This document shows, in pieces, positions 47,252-59,129 of a stretch of 64,000 bases of DNA. Numbering within the stretch: the first letter of the stretch is position 1; each line of letters starts with the position of its first letter. Below the pieces are notes generated by a model that saw only the letters and a program-made list of their open reading frames with translations, ran no database searches and was not told where the DNA came from. Both the position numbers and the translations under genes were made by a program. Source of the DNA: a virus (Duplodnaviria; Caudoviricetes); the IMG/VR virus record IMGVR_UViG_3300033233_001970; one strand, written 5' to 3'.

Positions 47252-50004
47252 TTGATATTCCTTTGGTCTTAGGTTCCGCTTCGAAAAAGAGCGCGAAGTC
47301 CTCGAACGTAGGCACAACCGCGATGGGCGTGTCGGCGTGGTAGGAAAGTAGTACGCGCCTGTCGTCGATACCTTGACAGTATAGGCGAACCCCTACGTCT
47401 GTTTCGATGTACCACTTTCCTTCGACGGCCTTCATTGCGATCCCTTCGCGAGCATGATCGCGTTCCATACTTTGATGCGCATTCGTTTCGCCGCTGCGAG
47501 CTGCGCGTGATGTCCGCCCACGACGCCGGCCAAATCACTGTCATCGCCGACGAACGCTAAATCGAGAATATTCGCCAACGCGCGGAGCTCGGCTGCGGTC
47601 AAGTTGATGCGCAGCGGGTAGGGGTAATCCTTCGACATTTTTTTTACATGCGACGGATTGTTACCGATGAGCCTTTCGGAAGCAGAAAACTCTTTGCTCT
47701 CCAGTTGAGCGTAGGTACCGAGTATTCCACTTCGATGAGCTCACCCTCTTTCACCAATTCTTCGACGAGAGTAGGGATGTCTTGCTCGATTCGGCTCAAC
47801 AGATCCACACCGGACTGTTCCAGGTAGACCACGAGTTGTGTGGCCTTGCAGCCTTGATTCGAAACGATCGCGTCGACGATCGATTTCTTAGCCTCTTCCT
47901 TGGTGAGCTTGGTCATTGCTTTAGAACCCCACCGGCTCGCAGTCCGGTTCTTCTTCCTTGCCGCTCCAAACGGCGATCATCTCTTTTTCGGATTCAGTCG
48001 CCGGCTTGATCCGAACGGGCGTTCCGTCATGGATGTGCGGATATGCTTCGTGCGCCCATCGGGTAGCGAGCGCCTCGATTGTGAGCGTCTCATCGATGGA
48101 GTGTTCCTTCGCCCACTCGAGAAGTGATTCGGTCGAGACGATCGACCACTTCTTTCGCTTGCGGGTGTCGATTTTGACGGTCGCAACCAACTGCTCCATC
48201 TCGCGCATCGCTTTTTCTTTGGGATTGACTTCGGTAGGCATGGGTCATTCCTTTTCTTGGACCTGTTGGCGAGCTTCTTTCTCTTCGGTCGCGCGTGCCG
48301 CGACCTTTCGACTGCGAGCTCGCGTGCCATACTTGACGATTTTTCGGAGCTTGTGAATGCTTTTGCTTGGCCGTTTGTCGATGGTCTGCCGTGCGGTGGT
48401 CTGCCCGACCCATTCTGGCGGAACTTCGACGAGCTTGCCTCGTCGCATCCGGTAGACCTTGCCGTCTTTTCGAATCGCCTTCACTGGCTTACCCATCCAT
48501 CCCTCTTTGCTCGTTCGAGCTCATCCCGATCTTCGACGATGCCAGGCCCGGTCCGCTGTCCTTCTGTGATCGCGGATTCGACCTCGGACAGATCGATGTG
48601 AATCGGATTCCCGTCGTTCACGCCTTCCTCGTCCACGAGCGTAAAGTACCCGCGATGAGGTTGCCATTGCCAGATCGGGCCGCAAAAGAGGCGGCCGTCT
48701 TTCATTTTGACGATGGTGTTGTGCATGGTCAGCCTCCTTTCACACCTCTCTGTTCGAGAAAATGCGGCAGCTCGCTGAGCATCTGAGCTTCACCGGCGCG
48801 CGCGACGGCGAAGGCCGCTTTCGAAATGACGCTATAGTAGTCGCTCCGGTTCAGAGCCTTGATGGCTGCTTGAAAGAAAACCCGAATGTCCGCCCTTGCG
48901 TTTCTTTCTTGCGCGCGAAGCTCGCGCTCCAGTTTTGATATTTTCTTCACGCGTACCTCCCGAATCCAGGTTCTCCGCGTTTCGGAGGAAGATGGTTGCC
49001 GCATTGCGAGCAAACAGGGCCTTTGATATATCGCGATCGACAACTCGGGCAATATTCGTAGTCTTTCCATGAAATAGGTTTCGATACATGCCGCGAGCGT
49101 CGAGCGATCTTTGGCGCAGGTTCCAAAATGACTTGCGCGCTTCACGATGCTGCCGTCCGCGACCGTCTGATCGACGTTGATGCCGCAGGCGGTGTCGAGG
49201 CGGGTGACGTCGAAACGTTTGGTACCGATCGCTCCCTTGTAATTCGGTAGGTAGTGCACCGTCAACGGCTCTTCCTGCCGTGGAATGATTTGGTAAAGAC
49301 GTCCTTGGTATTCGAGGATGGTTGGTCCTTTTTTCATGCCGTAGACGCTCATGGCTGACTCTCTAGTACGCAATGATTGCAACTACCATGGTGCCGATTG
49401 CAGCGAAGCCGCATAGAACGAAGAGACCTACAACGATTCTCGAAATCATGTCCTCTCGTTCACACGTAGAGCATGGGTTTCGTCCATGCTCGCACACGGG
49501 ACCGGGCGGCAACGGCGTCGGCGCAGGTTTCGGCCTCATGACTGACTCCTTGCGCGCGCCGGATCTTGACGCGCGAGCTCCGTCACGACGCGACGTCGTT
49601 TTCGTTTCAGCGCGCGCCGAAGTCGTTTCTTGCACGGTCGCGTCGGATGATTTTCGTTCTTCGAGCGCACGTCCACGCGAAAGCCGTTTGCTCCGAGAAC
49701 TTCGTCGCAGCCGTACAGACGAGTGGTTTCTTTCACGATTTCCTACCGCGCCTCGGAACCGACTTTTCGTGCTCGGCAATGGCGGCGTACGTTTCGCAAT
49801 CCGAAAAACCGCGTACCCAGCCTCCCGCCGCGTCCAGCGACGTGAAGTAGAACTTGGCATCGACGTTGAAGCCGTAGCGGGTAAATCGCTTGGATTTTGG
49901 ATCAGGTTTCAGGATCACCTGATCGGATCCCAGTTCCACGACCCATCCGGATCGTTTGAGATACGCCAAAGAATTCTCTACCAAACGAGCGTCTTCCAGA
50001 GAAA

Positions 50005-50589
50005 TCATGATGCTTCCTCTTCCGCAGGCTTGGTTTCGACGGCTTCGGCCTCGACGGGCAACGCTTCGACTTTGGTTTCGGCAGGCTTGATCTCGACAGG
50101 CTTCACCTTCGCCTTTTTCTGAGGAGGCGGTGACATTTCTTTCACGTGAACCCTGGGAATGAGCATTTTGGTTTGTATGCCGCCGATCTTCACTTCGCAA
50201 AGAAGATTTCCGCCACGCACCAAAATCACCTTGATCGGCTTCAGACGATCGAGCATGTCGTAACGACTCTTCCACTTCTTGAGAATCATGACCTGTGCGT
50301 CTTCTTCGACGACCGCGCCGCCAAGGGTTCCCTTCGCCGGCCTCCAGTTGGCCGGTACCAAGCCCAGTCTCCGGATCGTGTCGAGCAGATTGTTGTGGGC
50401 GCGCTCCGCAGCGGCAACAATGGAAGCGTTGGGCAGCTTGTAGCTTTTCATCCTGGCGATGTGCTTGCTCAGTCGTTTGGCCATGCGATCGAGCCTCGTG
50501 CTCAGGGCCTTCACCGGACCCATTGCGTAGAGGTACTCCCCGGACTTGCGGGTCGAGTGCACGGCACGACCTTGTTTCCCCTTGGTCAT
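50005..50589 (-). CDS. basic hypothetical protein
   Basis: AAAGGAG RBS; lies downstream of a predicted promoter. Confidence 0.7.
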   Translation of the reverse strand: MTKGKQGRAVHSTRKSGEYLYAMGPVKALSTRLDRMAKRLSKHIARMKSYKLPNASIVAAAERAHNNLLDTIRRLGLVPANWRPAKGTLGGAVVEEDAQVMILKKWKSRYDMLDRLKPIKVILVRGGNLLCEVKIGGIQTKMLIPRVHVKEMSPPPQKKAKVKPVEIKPAETKVEALPVEAEAVETKPAEEEAS

Positions 50590-50617
50590 GCTTACTCCTT
50601 TGGTTCCTGTTTTCTCG

Positions 50618-50658
50618 CGTGTCCCGTTATCAGTACATCTCCGATCCGACAATGTCAA
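50618..50658 (-). promoter_or_regulatory. sigma70-like promoter TTGACA-N17-TACTGAT followed by GGGACACG
   Basis: -35 at 50658-50653; TACTGAT at 50635-50629; intergenic. Confidence 0.6.
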
Positions 50659-51396
50659 CCTTTGTCAGTCGGAAATCAGACGCGCTTTGCGTTTGCGAGC
50701 CGCTGCGAGCCGCGCGCGCCCACGTCGTCTCGCCTCGGTCGTGCCGCGTGGCGGACGATCGGGCTCGCTCGCGTCGATGAGGCGCACACGCACACGGCGA
50801 GGCGCTGCGTCACGAAGTCGCTTGAGGAGCCGCTCGGCGGCGGGACGCTGCTGAAAGCTCCAGGTGATATCGTAGCGACCCGTTACGAAGTCGAAGCCGC
50901 TGCCTTCGCCGTTATGCGTGGCGGCGACGATGACGAGTTTCCTGCGCAGAACGTAGTCGGCACCCTTCCAACTTGCTTCGATGATGTAGCTTTTCACGGT
51001 TTCATCGCTTTCTTTGCCATGCCGACGAGAGCGGCAAGTTCCGCGCGGTGTGATTCGCACCACTTCGCGTTTCTTAGCGCCGCGTCGTAGTTACCGAAAT
51101 GTTTCTTGCCCTCCGCCATGGCGATACCCGTCACCGCGCCCATCAGGTAGAGGCGATCCAGCGGAACCTTCGGCAAATTGCACGCGGGACAGTTCATGGA
51201 ATGACGCAGCCGCCACCACCATCTTTGCAGCACGATGGTAATTCCGGAAAGTATTCTGTCGCCGGCAAGAGCCCGATCGATAACATTTCGTCGGGCACTT
51301 CTTTGTGGATAGCTTCGAAAAATTCGTCTGCGATCCGATCGGCGTCTTCTTTGGAATCAGCGCGGATGACGACTTCGATCTTGGCGATGTACCGAG

Positions 51397-51804
51397 TCAT
51401 TTGTCGTCTTCTTCGTCCTCGTCCTCGTCGTCGTCCTCGTCTTCGTCTTCGTCGTCTTCCCCGCCGTCTTCGCCGCCGATGAACTCGATTTCCTCCTCCT
51501 CCTCCTCCTCTTCCTCTTCTTCGATGTCACACTCGACAGGCTCGCCGCGATTGTAGCGCTGCGTGATTTCCTTCGCTTTCGTGAAGATCTCGATGAGCTC
51601 GTCGATTTGCGGAATGTCCGCCGCGAGCTCGATGCACCCGTCGGATTCGTCCTCGTCGGCGGTGGCGTCCTCGACGGTGAGCACAAGCTCGTGTCCAGGT
51701 TTCTCGACGTCGAGGCGCACGATGAGCGCTTCGTCTTCCGTGACCCAACGCTTGAAGAGCGGGGGAACGGCGGGAGCCTTCTTTTTTTTCGCTTCAGCGG
51801 CCAT
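51397..51804 (-). CDS. highly acidic protein with poly-Asp/Glu tail
   Basis: The C-terminal third is almost all D/E. Confidence 0.7.
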   Translation of the reverse strand: MAAEAKKKKAPAVPPLFKRWVTEDEALIVRLDVEKPGHELVLTVEDATADEDESDGCIELAADIPQIDELIEIFTKAKEITQRYNRGEPVECDIEEEEEEEEEEEIEFIGGEDGGEDDEDEDEDDDEDEDEEDDK

Positions 51805-53330
51805 GTGATTTCTCTTTCTGGTTGTACTGCGTTACCGAACGGCCTGCGGGATGCCGTGCCTCAGCAAGCCGATTTTCTTGGCGTGCGTCAAGCGTTCTTG
51901 GAGAACTTTGCGACGATTGGTTCGGGTTAGATATCCGAACGATTCGCCGTCTTCGACAATATAATCACGATTTTTCTCTACCCAGAACGTTGCGTACTCC
52001 CATCCGAAAAATTCCCAATCATCGGCGTGATTCGGATCTTTCTTGGACGTGAAAACATGTCCCATTTCGTGGACGACTCCAGGCCATTCCGAACTATTTG
52101 TGCAGTATATTTTTTTCTTGCTCCACAGGATACCCAAGCCACTCGTAAATGGTGCTCCGTAGAAGTCTTTTCGGTACGGGCCGTCGGCAATGCAGTAGTC
52201 ACGGTCAATGCCGCTGACCCTGTCGTACATCTCGTTCGTTACCTGAACGATGTCGCCACCCCAGGCTATCGCTCGTCGGCGAAGCGCGCTGATGGTTTGC
52301 TCGTTGTTCATTTGTCTCGAGGATTCCTTTTGAAGACATGAACCTTCGACGGTGATGTGTTCTTACGTAACTTCGCGTGGCACGCCGTACACCGTCCTGC
52401 CCTGTCTCCGTGAAGAACGCGGCATGCGCACTCGAGCCGAGATCGTTTTCGGAGCCGGCAAACGCAAAGTGTTCGACCGAAGGTGCATGTCCACTTTGGA
52501 ATCATGGCAATGATCAGAAAAGTCTCAGATTGTTTCTTTTGCGGGGTACGGCACGGGCTTGTCGCGCTCCGCGCGTAGCTCGCGCGCTCGCAAGATCGCC
52601 GTAGGCCCGCTCTTGCACTTCTCGACGCGCATGTGTTCGGCGGTTTTCTCGACGACGACACCGTACCAACGGTTGCGCGTTTTGTTTCCTCCGGCGAAGT
52701 ATGGCGCCTTGTCGGCTGCAAATTCGAGGGCGTCGAGAACACCGATTTGCTCGACCGCGAAGAGTCCTTCACCGCGCACTTTCGAAGCGAAACGGCGGGA
52801 GAGACCGCCTGGGCATGTGCCGTCAACATCGATGATGGCGAGGTAGTTGACGGCGCGCGTCGCGTGCAGCTCGTAGATGGGCGCCTGAAAGAGTACGCCG
52901 TTGATGACGGAAAGCGTGACGACGTCGCTAACTTGAGCTTCAGTCATGATCATTCTCGTAAATTTCTTCACTGAGCTCGGGAAACAATTTGACGAGATCA
53001 TCGCGCACAAGCTCCTCTACGCGCTCGAAAGTCGCATTGAGTTTTCTGACGCGACCCTTGATGAGTTTCGCCGCCGCCTTGCGGATCACCTTGTCGCGCT
53101 CTACCCCGAGATTATCGAAGTGTCTCCGTATCGCGGCAAGCAAATGCCGTGGTGAAACCTCGATGCCGTTCACTTGCATGGCGATACGGAGCCCGCCCTC
53201 CGGGATATTCGGAATCGTTTCGCCCGTCGTTTCGTTGTGCGCGACAACGGCCGCGTAGAGGAGCCATTCCTCGTAATCGGAATTGCCTGCGGCGCGACTA
53301 AACAGCTCGCCGCGTTCGTTCTTTGGTTTT

Positions 53331-53981
53331 TCACTCATCGATCGCCTCGCCGAATTTCGTGTCGTAAATTCGTTCGACCATTCTGCGATTGTCGAGCGGA
53401 ACGAGCGCGCCCATGTTCAGCGCGAACAACGCGCGGTAGATGGCAAGGACGTGCGGGCCGAGTGTTTTCGGACTTCGTTTCGCAAGCCAGCGCGCTTGAT
53501 CGATGGTTACGGTTCCAGGTTCCCAATCTTCGGGAATGTGGTCGAGCCTGAGAATCTTCTCGACGAAGTTCCACGCATCCGATGGCAAAATCTTTTGCGT
53601 AAAATCGAGTTGCGGTTCGAACGAATCGTACTCGGGCGGGTAGGGGTCGGTGTCCTCACGGAAATTGTTCCCGCCTTCGTCGTAATGATCGGACGGGCCG
53701 ATGTAAAGGTAGGGCTCGCCTCCTTCGAAGCACCATCGCGTCGGGTCGAGCACCTTACCGTCCGGCAGGAGCACCCATCCGTGCTGCACGAAGCCGGTTC
53801 CGCGCCCCGCGAACGTCGTTCCCTTCGCCACAGGGCCGCGCCAGTGCCCGTAGACGGCGACGCCTTCGACGAGACCGGCGGCAACGATGCGCGAGGCGAT
53901 TTCGAAGCAACGCGCCTTCCAGGCACTCGCAGGCTCACCGAGGGCCTTCTCGGCTTGTTTGAGGGTGGGTACCGTCCTCAT
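53331..53981 (-). CDS. hypothetical protein with papain/transglutaminase-like C-H-D motif
   Basis: ARCFE...VYGHW...QHGWV...VLDPT. Confidence 0.55.
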   Translation of the reverse strand: MRTVPTLKQAEKALGEPASAWKARCFEIASRIVAAGLVEGVAVYGHWRGPVAKGTTFAGRGTGFVQHGWVLLPDGKVLDPTRWCFEGGEPYLYIGPSDHYDEGGNNFREDTDPYPPEYDSFEPQLDFTQKILPSDAWNFVEKILRLDHIPEDWEPGTVTIDQARWLAKRSPKTLGPHVLAIYRALFALNMGALVPLDNRRMVERIYDTKFGEAIDE

Positions 53982-54294
53982 TGTATGACTCCAGCGGCGC
54001 GGAGGATGTTGTCGCCAATTCCGACGAAACGATATGTTTCGCGGCGAAATCCGTATGCTTCGTGGACTCGCTTTACGAGAATAATCAGCTCGGGAGTGGA
54101 TTGCTGCGGATTGAAAGGAGTGCGAGCGCGCTCAATTGGTTCGCCAAGTTCCAATAATTCCTGTGCACGTTTGAGAATGGCGATCGGTTTCAACATGCGA
54201 CCGTTCTGCGTTTTTCCTATTTTAAGTTCGCACAACAGACGTCGGCGACGGCTTTCAGTACGACCGTCTGGTTTTGCATCAGTCTTTGGCAAGA

Positions 54295-54720
54295 TCATGA
54301 TTCGATCTTCTCGTAGCGCTCGAGGCTGTAGCCTTCGTGGTCACCACGATCGCGAATACACTCCCACGCCACGCGACCGTCCTTGTCGCGCAACGCTTTC
54401 TCGATGGACTCGTAGTCCTCGACGCTATCTTGGTAGTCGCGCAGCGCGCGCTTGTACTCGCGAAGCTTTTGCGCTGCTGCCGGTTGAAGGCTTTTCGGGA
54501 GCGTCGCGATCTGCTCCTCAGTAACGTCCGGTGCTTCGGGTTTTTCTTTTGGTTCCGGTTTGTAGTACCAATAGCCTTCCGCGTTGCGTTCCGTGAGTAC
54601 GTGAAGTGCTACAGCGAAGAGCGTTTCATCGTTCGGCACATGAAAGTACCGTTCGCCGTGCTTCTCATTGAAGACGAGCACCTGCGGTTCGCGAATGATC
54701 GTTTTATCTTTTGTCGCCAT
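54295..54720 (-). CDS. hypothetical phage protein
   Basis: MATKDK start within track ORF 54295..55320. Confidence 0.6.
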   Translation of the reverse strand: MATKDKTIIREPQVLVFNEKHGERYFHVPNDETLFAVALHVLTERNAEGYWYYKPEPKEKPEAPDVTEEQIATLPKSLQPAAAQKLREYKRALRDYQDSVEDYESIEKALRDKDGRVAWECIRDRGDHEGYSLERYEKIES

Positions 54721-55513
54721 TGTTTTTCCCGGATCTGTTTTTCTTCGGAATCGGTCCTTCGCCACGAATCCACGCCCGGAGATCGTCCAGCGTGACCCAC
54801 GCCGAATTGTTGTTTTGCTGATCCATCGGATTGAGCCAGAAGGTGAGCTTCCCTTTTTCTCGTCGCGGACTGAGAGCGAACCAGCCCTTTCCCGCTTTTC
54901 TGAGCTCGGCTTCGATGCCGGTGGCCTCGACTTCTTTTTTGATCTCGTCCCGATCCTTGTCGATCGTGTACCAGTTGTCCGTGACGGATTTTTCGAGACG
55001 CGAAACGATGCCGATGGCGAATCCTGCGTTCTGAAACACGCCACCACCACCGAGCCATATCGCCGCGTCGAGGCGCATGAGCGCGTCATAGATTTCGCGA
55101 AGACGTCTGATCTTTTTCTCCTCGTCATCGATCGCGAACGCGCCGAAATCACCCTCGCTCCAGCCCGTCGCGAGAGGATTTTCTTTGTCTTCTCCGCACA
55201 GAACGATTTCTCGATCGCTCGGCTCCGTCTTCTCGTACCTGTGCTCGTACCACACGCCCGAAAATTTCTTTTTCGTGTACGGGTCGCGCCATTTCGCGCG
55301 GTAGTTTCTTTCGCCGGCATACCACCGAAGATCGTCAGGCACTTTGCGAACGATGCGTCGGTCGAGCCCGTAGGGTTCGTCCTGCATCTCGAAGGCTCGA
55401 CGAATATTCTTGATTCCCCATTCGTGTTCGGCGCACTGATCCGAGCCGAGATTTATGGCGACGGTGTTGCCGTGTTTGTCGAGCAAAAATCCGTTGCGGT
55501 AGCCTCGCCTCAT
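54704..55513 (-). CDS. hypothetical phage protein
   Basis: GAGGTGG upstream; NLGSDQCAEHEWGI...FWLNP..Q...N..W. Confidence 0.7.
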   Translation of the reverse strand: MRRGYRNGFLLDKHGNTVAINLGSDQCAEHEWGIKNIRRAFEMQDEPYGLDRRIVRKVPDDLRWYAGERNYRAKWRDPYTKKKFSGVWYEHRYEKTEPSDREIVLCGEDKENPLATGWSEGDFGAFAIDDEEKKIRRLREIYDALMRLDAAIWLGGGGVFQNAGFAIGIVSRLEKSVTDNWYTIDKDRDEIKKEVEATGIEAELRKAGKGWFALSPRREKGKLTFWLNPMDQQNNNSAWVTLDDLRAWIRGEGPIPKKNRSGKNNGDKR

Positions 55514-56711
55514 GGCTCTTCCACCTCTGTAGATACCTCGTGATGAAAGGTATCGACGATGGCCGGACCGTCCCCACTCAGCAAACCGTTGCTGACGGCA
55601 TGGGCGACGAGATCGTTCAACAGTTCTTTGGCGTCCGATGGATGACCGCCGTCGTACCAAACCGTCAGTTCCAATTTTGCTTTGACGCGCATGTGTCCAC
55701 CTTTCGGCTTTGGTTCGACGCCTACGGAATCAACGAGATCGGCACAGTTACGTAGCTCTACACATTTTCGACGCGCGATCTTTCTTGTAGCGAACGGCCC
55801 GAATCTACGTGTGGAAATCGATGCGTACAAACTAGGTCGCGCAATCCAAGGAGAAGATGGACGCCTCGCCTCGAAGCAGATGAAATATTGCATCGATTAC
55901 GTCTTCACGTCGGCTTCGTAGCCAGGTTCGGATTCGAACGCGCTCGCGTACTTGTCGCCCATGTCGTCGTCCACCATGGGCACGAGCCCACGTTTGTCGA
56001 TTTCGTGACGAAGACGATTGATGGCGTTCTCTTCGGTATCCGCTTCGACGAGCGCGACAACGGAAACCACGACGTTCCAGATTTTCATTGTCTCCTACTC
56101 CTATCGGTAAGGACTAAACAATGGCGACCATCCTGCTGGTGGAGGAAGCGGCCAAAAAGGATTGATCATGAATCCGCAGGCCCAACGAACAGGAACGCCT
56201 TCGACGTGAAGCGTTTTCTTGAACCATCCTTTAGACTCGTAAGCGATGGCAATTTGATCGCATCGCGAGCACCGCGCGATGACACGCATAGGCCATCTGC
56301 GGCCGATGATGAACTGATGACCGAGTGTTTTCTGCACCTTATCGAGAATCTGGCGCACACGTTCCTCGAGCACATCTTCCGCGCTCGGCGGTAGAGGTTG
56401 ATGAACTGTACCCATCGTATCGATGACGTTCATCTGCGCCTCATCTTCTCTAGGCGCGTCGCCTCTTTGGTCGAAAGTGTTGACGTGTGACGTGAAGATG
56501 CGACGGCATCTAAACTGATGTCGCGAAGCATTCGCGTCAGCGCGCGATAGATGTTTGCACGGCGTAGTAAGAGACTGCGCTCGTCAGGGAACGCAAAGTA
56601 CGCCATGTCTCTCGCGAGGTTTTCGCATAGGACAAGCAGATCGGTTACCGAAAACTCTCTGACGTTCTTCGCAAACTGTGATCGAGGTCGGTCCGGCGGC
56701 GATTTCATGAT

Positions 56712-57134
56712 TCACCCGTACCGAATTTCGCCGAGGAGTGCGAGCTGCACGACAACGTCCTCACGTATGGAGTCGACGCCTTCGTACCACTCGACGCCCC
56801 ACCGCTTCACGCCCTCGTGCCACGCCTTGATGGCGGCGGCCTTATCGAGACGAAACCACTTGTCGGGAAGAGGTTTGCCCTCACGCCATGCTTTGAGGAT
56901 GGCTTCGTATTCGGGGTGCCGTTCCGCGACATCGCGCGCGCTTCTGTAGATCGCGCCATCGTCGTGCTCGAAACAGAGCCAACCACGATCCTGCGTGCGC
57001 TCCATTCCCATCATCCAATAGCCGCAGTAATTGTAGCCGAAGATATCCGTATTTTGAGTGAGGTACGGCACCCAAAGGGGATCGATTTCGGTTTCGATCG
57101 TGACGGTTGTGATGAGCTTTTTGACGGCGTTCAT
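56712..57134 (-). CDS. hypothetical phage protein
   Basis: Coupled ORF ending DVVVQLALLGEIRYG. Confidence 0.7.
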   Translation of the reverse strand: MNAVKKLITTVTIETEIDPLWVPYLTQNTDIFGYNYCGYWMMGMERTQDRGWLCFEHDDGAIYRSARDVAERHPEYEAILKAWREGKPLPDKWFRLDKAAAIKAWHEGVKRWGVEWYEGVDSIREDVVVQLALLGEIRYG

Positions 57135-57366
57135 CGCTTTGCCTTTCGTTTCGAGGTCGTAGCCAAGAGTTGCGAATCGGATCGAATTCGCTTCGCCTGT
57201 TCATCGATTTGCATTCGTAGCGTGCGTACCTGTATTTCCTGATCTTCGTATTTCTGGCGATACGGCTCGGTTTCGCGAAGTTGCTTTTCTCGAATTTCCG
57301 CTTCTTTTGTGAGCGTGTCGATTTTCTCGCCGAGCGCGAGAAGGAGAGCGGAGACGGCGGGAGTGA

Positions 57367-57603
57367 TCACTTCTTTGTCCTTGCAGCTACTTCTTTAGGC
57401 GGAAGTAACCGTTCGGCCTCCTGCACGATGAGCGCCCTCACGAACGTCGTCGGACTCATGAGCGGTGGGAGATCCATGCGCCGCATCTGGTCGTTCTTGT
57501 GCTGCACGCACAGCAACAGCAGCTCGTACTCGTACTGGGTCAGTCGGAACGATAGGTTCCGGCTGCCCACGGTGTTTCGATCTTTGCGTGGAGGTCTCGG
57601 CAT
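57367..57603 (-). CDS. ribbon-helix-helix-like regulator
   Basis: MPRPPRK...NLSFRLTQYEYELL...TTFVRALI. Confidence 0.6.
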   Translation of the reverse strand: MPRPPRKDRNTVGSRNLSFRLTQYEYELLLLCVQHKNDQMRRMDLPPLMSPTTFVRALIVQEAERLLPPKEVAARTKK

Positions 57604-58319
57604 TATGACGCCTTCTTCTTTTTCGATTTCTTCGCGGCTGGCAGCGCTTTCGGTTTTTTCGTGACGAGCACAGGCGGAGCCTCTACGGCGTCGAGATCCT
57701 TAGACTCCTCCTCCTCCTCCTCGTCACGGAGCACCGATAGGAATTCTTTCTTCGTCGGCAACTTGTCGAGCGAGAACGTGGCGCGGTGACGCACAGGAAA
57801 GTACGTCCCGACCGACGTTTCTTCGATCGGAAAGTCGGCGAACCGTTCGCCAGCGGGCAGCGGTTTCTTGTTGAATCCCTGGTACGCTTCGAGCGTTTTC
57901 TTGTCGAGATCGAGAACGTATGCCCATTCGCAGTAAAGCGATTCGCTTGCGAAGGTGATTTGGTCTCTTGTGAGCACTTTACCCGTGGCTTCGTGGACGA
58001 GCTCCAGAATCTTCGCCCCGTGGTCGCGCGAGAAGTAAGGCCACTTTTCGTCGAACTGATCTGCTTGAGGAAACGTGACGAATTCACCGTTGACGCCCGG
58101 AATCGTTTTCCAGAATTCCTTGTGCTCTTCGTCCGAGACGAATCGAACTTGCTCGAGCTTTTTCTTGAACGCTTCCCGACCCTCGTCATTCGAGAGATGG
58201 GCACGTGCGAACTCGAGCGCAACCACGCCCTGGCCGCTGGGGTAGTGATCCCATTGCCCATACTGCGCGATTCTGTACGTGCCGTCCGCCATGACGGCCG
58301 TGAGACCTCGTGTGCCCAT
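57603..58319 (-). CDS. hypothetical phage protein
   Basis: GAGGG RBS; MGTRGL...QYGQWDHYPSGQG...EWAYVLDLD. Confidence 0.75.
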   Translation of the reverse strand: MGTRGLTAVMADGTYRIAQYGQWDHYPSGQGVVALEFARAHLSNDEGREAFKKKLEQVRFVSDEEHKEFWKTIPGVNGEFVTFPQADQFDEKWPYFSRDHGAKILELVHEATGKVLTRDQITFASESLYCEWAYVLDLDKKTLEAYQGFNKKPLPAGERFADFPIEETSVGTYFPVRHRATFSLDKLPTKKEFLSVLRDEEEEEESKDLDAVEAPPVLVTKKPKALPAAKKSKKKKAS

Positions 58320-58501
58320 GATTTTTCCCTCAGAAGCCGCGTTTGTTTGCGGAAACGTCAAGCGACCAACTGCCGACGCCATCTAGTCCAACGATTCCTG
58401 ACGTATAACCCTCGCGAAGCTTTGCGGTTAGGTTGCTTCGGCAAGTTGATTCAAAAGGTTGTCGAGCCGCGCCTGTAATTCGGGACGTTTTCCGAAAGCG
58501 T

Positions 58502-58594
58502 CGCCGCTCAGCTCACCGGCCGGCTTGACGACCGTGACCTGTTCACCGTTGACCCTTACACTGTGCGTCCACTCGGGCGCCAGCACGGTCGCCA
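58502..58594. repeat. direct repeat A, copy 1 (93 bp)
   Basis: Identical to 60848-60940. Confidence 0.95.
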
Positions 58595-58978
58595 CGCTCG
58601 GGCGACTCGAACGAGGGCTCAAACCCGTGGCGCGCGAGGCAGGCTGCAACGCGCCCGACGAAGGTCGCATCCCCAGGCATTGTTCGACGAGGTCTCTTCC
58701 CGAACTTCGTGTGGGTTTCGACAAGCTCGACCAGGCCGTGCGCCAGCCACGTCTTGAGCTCGGGTTCCAGTCGTGGCGTCGCGCGCTCCAAGGTCACAAT
58801 CCCATCGTCGTCGCGAAGTGCCGCGACCTCTTCACCGCCAGTGGTCCGAACGATCAACCGCATCATCTCAACACCTTGTAGAGCGTCACTAGTGAGGGTA
58901 ACCGCGACGAGTTTTCGAGCAAGGTCTTGTCGCGTTCAGCGTAGCGCACGGGAGCTGCGGATCGGTCGTCGGCCGGCC

Positions 58979-59129
58979 GTGAGCGCGGCGTAGGCCGTGG
59001 TTTCGCGCCCGTCTTTGGCGCTCACGATGGCTTCTAGCTGCTCTCGCGTCATACGTGTCCCATTAGTAATACACGGCCTAGAGGCTGTCAATACCGTCAG
59101 TCGACGCGACGGCGACCTCGCCCCACCTT
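58979..59129. repeat. direct repeat B, copy 1 (151 bp)
   Basis: Identical to 60943-61093. Confidence 0.95.
59054..59091 (-). promoter_or_regulatory. sigma70-like promoter TTGACA-N17-TACTAAT-GGGACACG
   Basis: -35 at 59091-59086; TACTAAT at 59068-59062; ATG at 59052. Confidence 0.55.

Noticed and set aside
53283-55543. Long + strand ORFs in the minus block (53283..54524, 54668..55543) and similar antisense ORFs such as 11555..12430 and 23648..24589
   Set aside because: These are shadow ORFs of GC-rich genes on the opposite strand, with no RBS or motifs.
55925-55945. tRNA T-loop-like GTTCGAATCC on the minus strand
   Set aside because: It lies inside CDS 55897..56088 (AFES) and no cloverleaf can be built.
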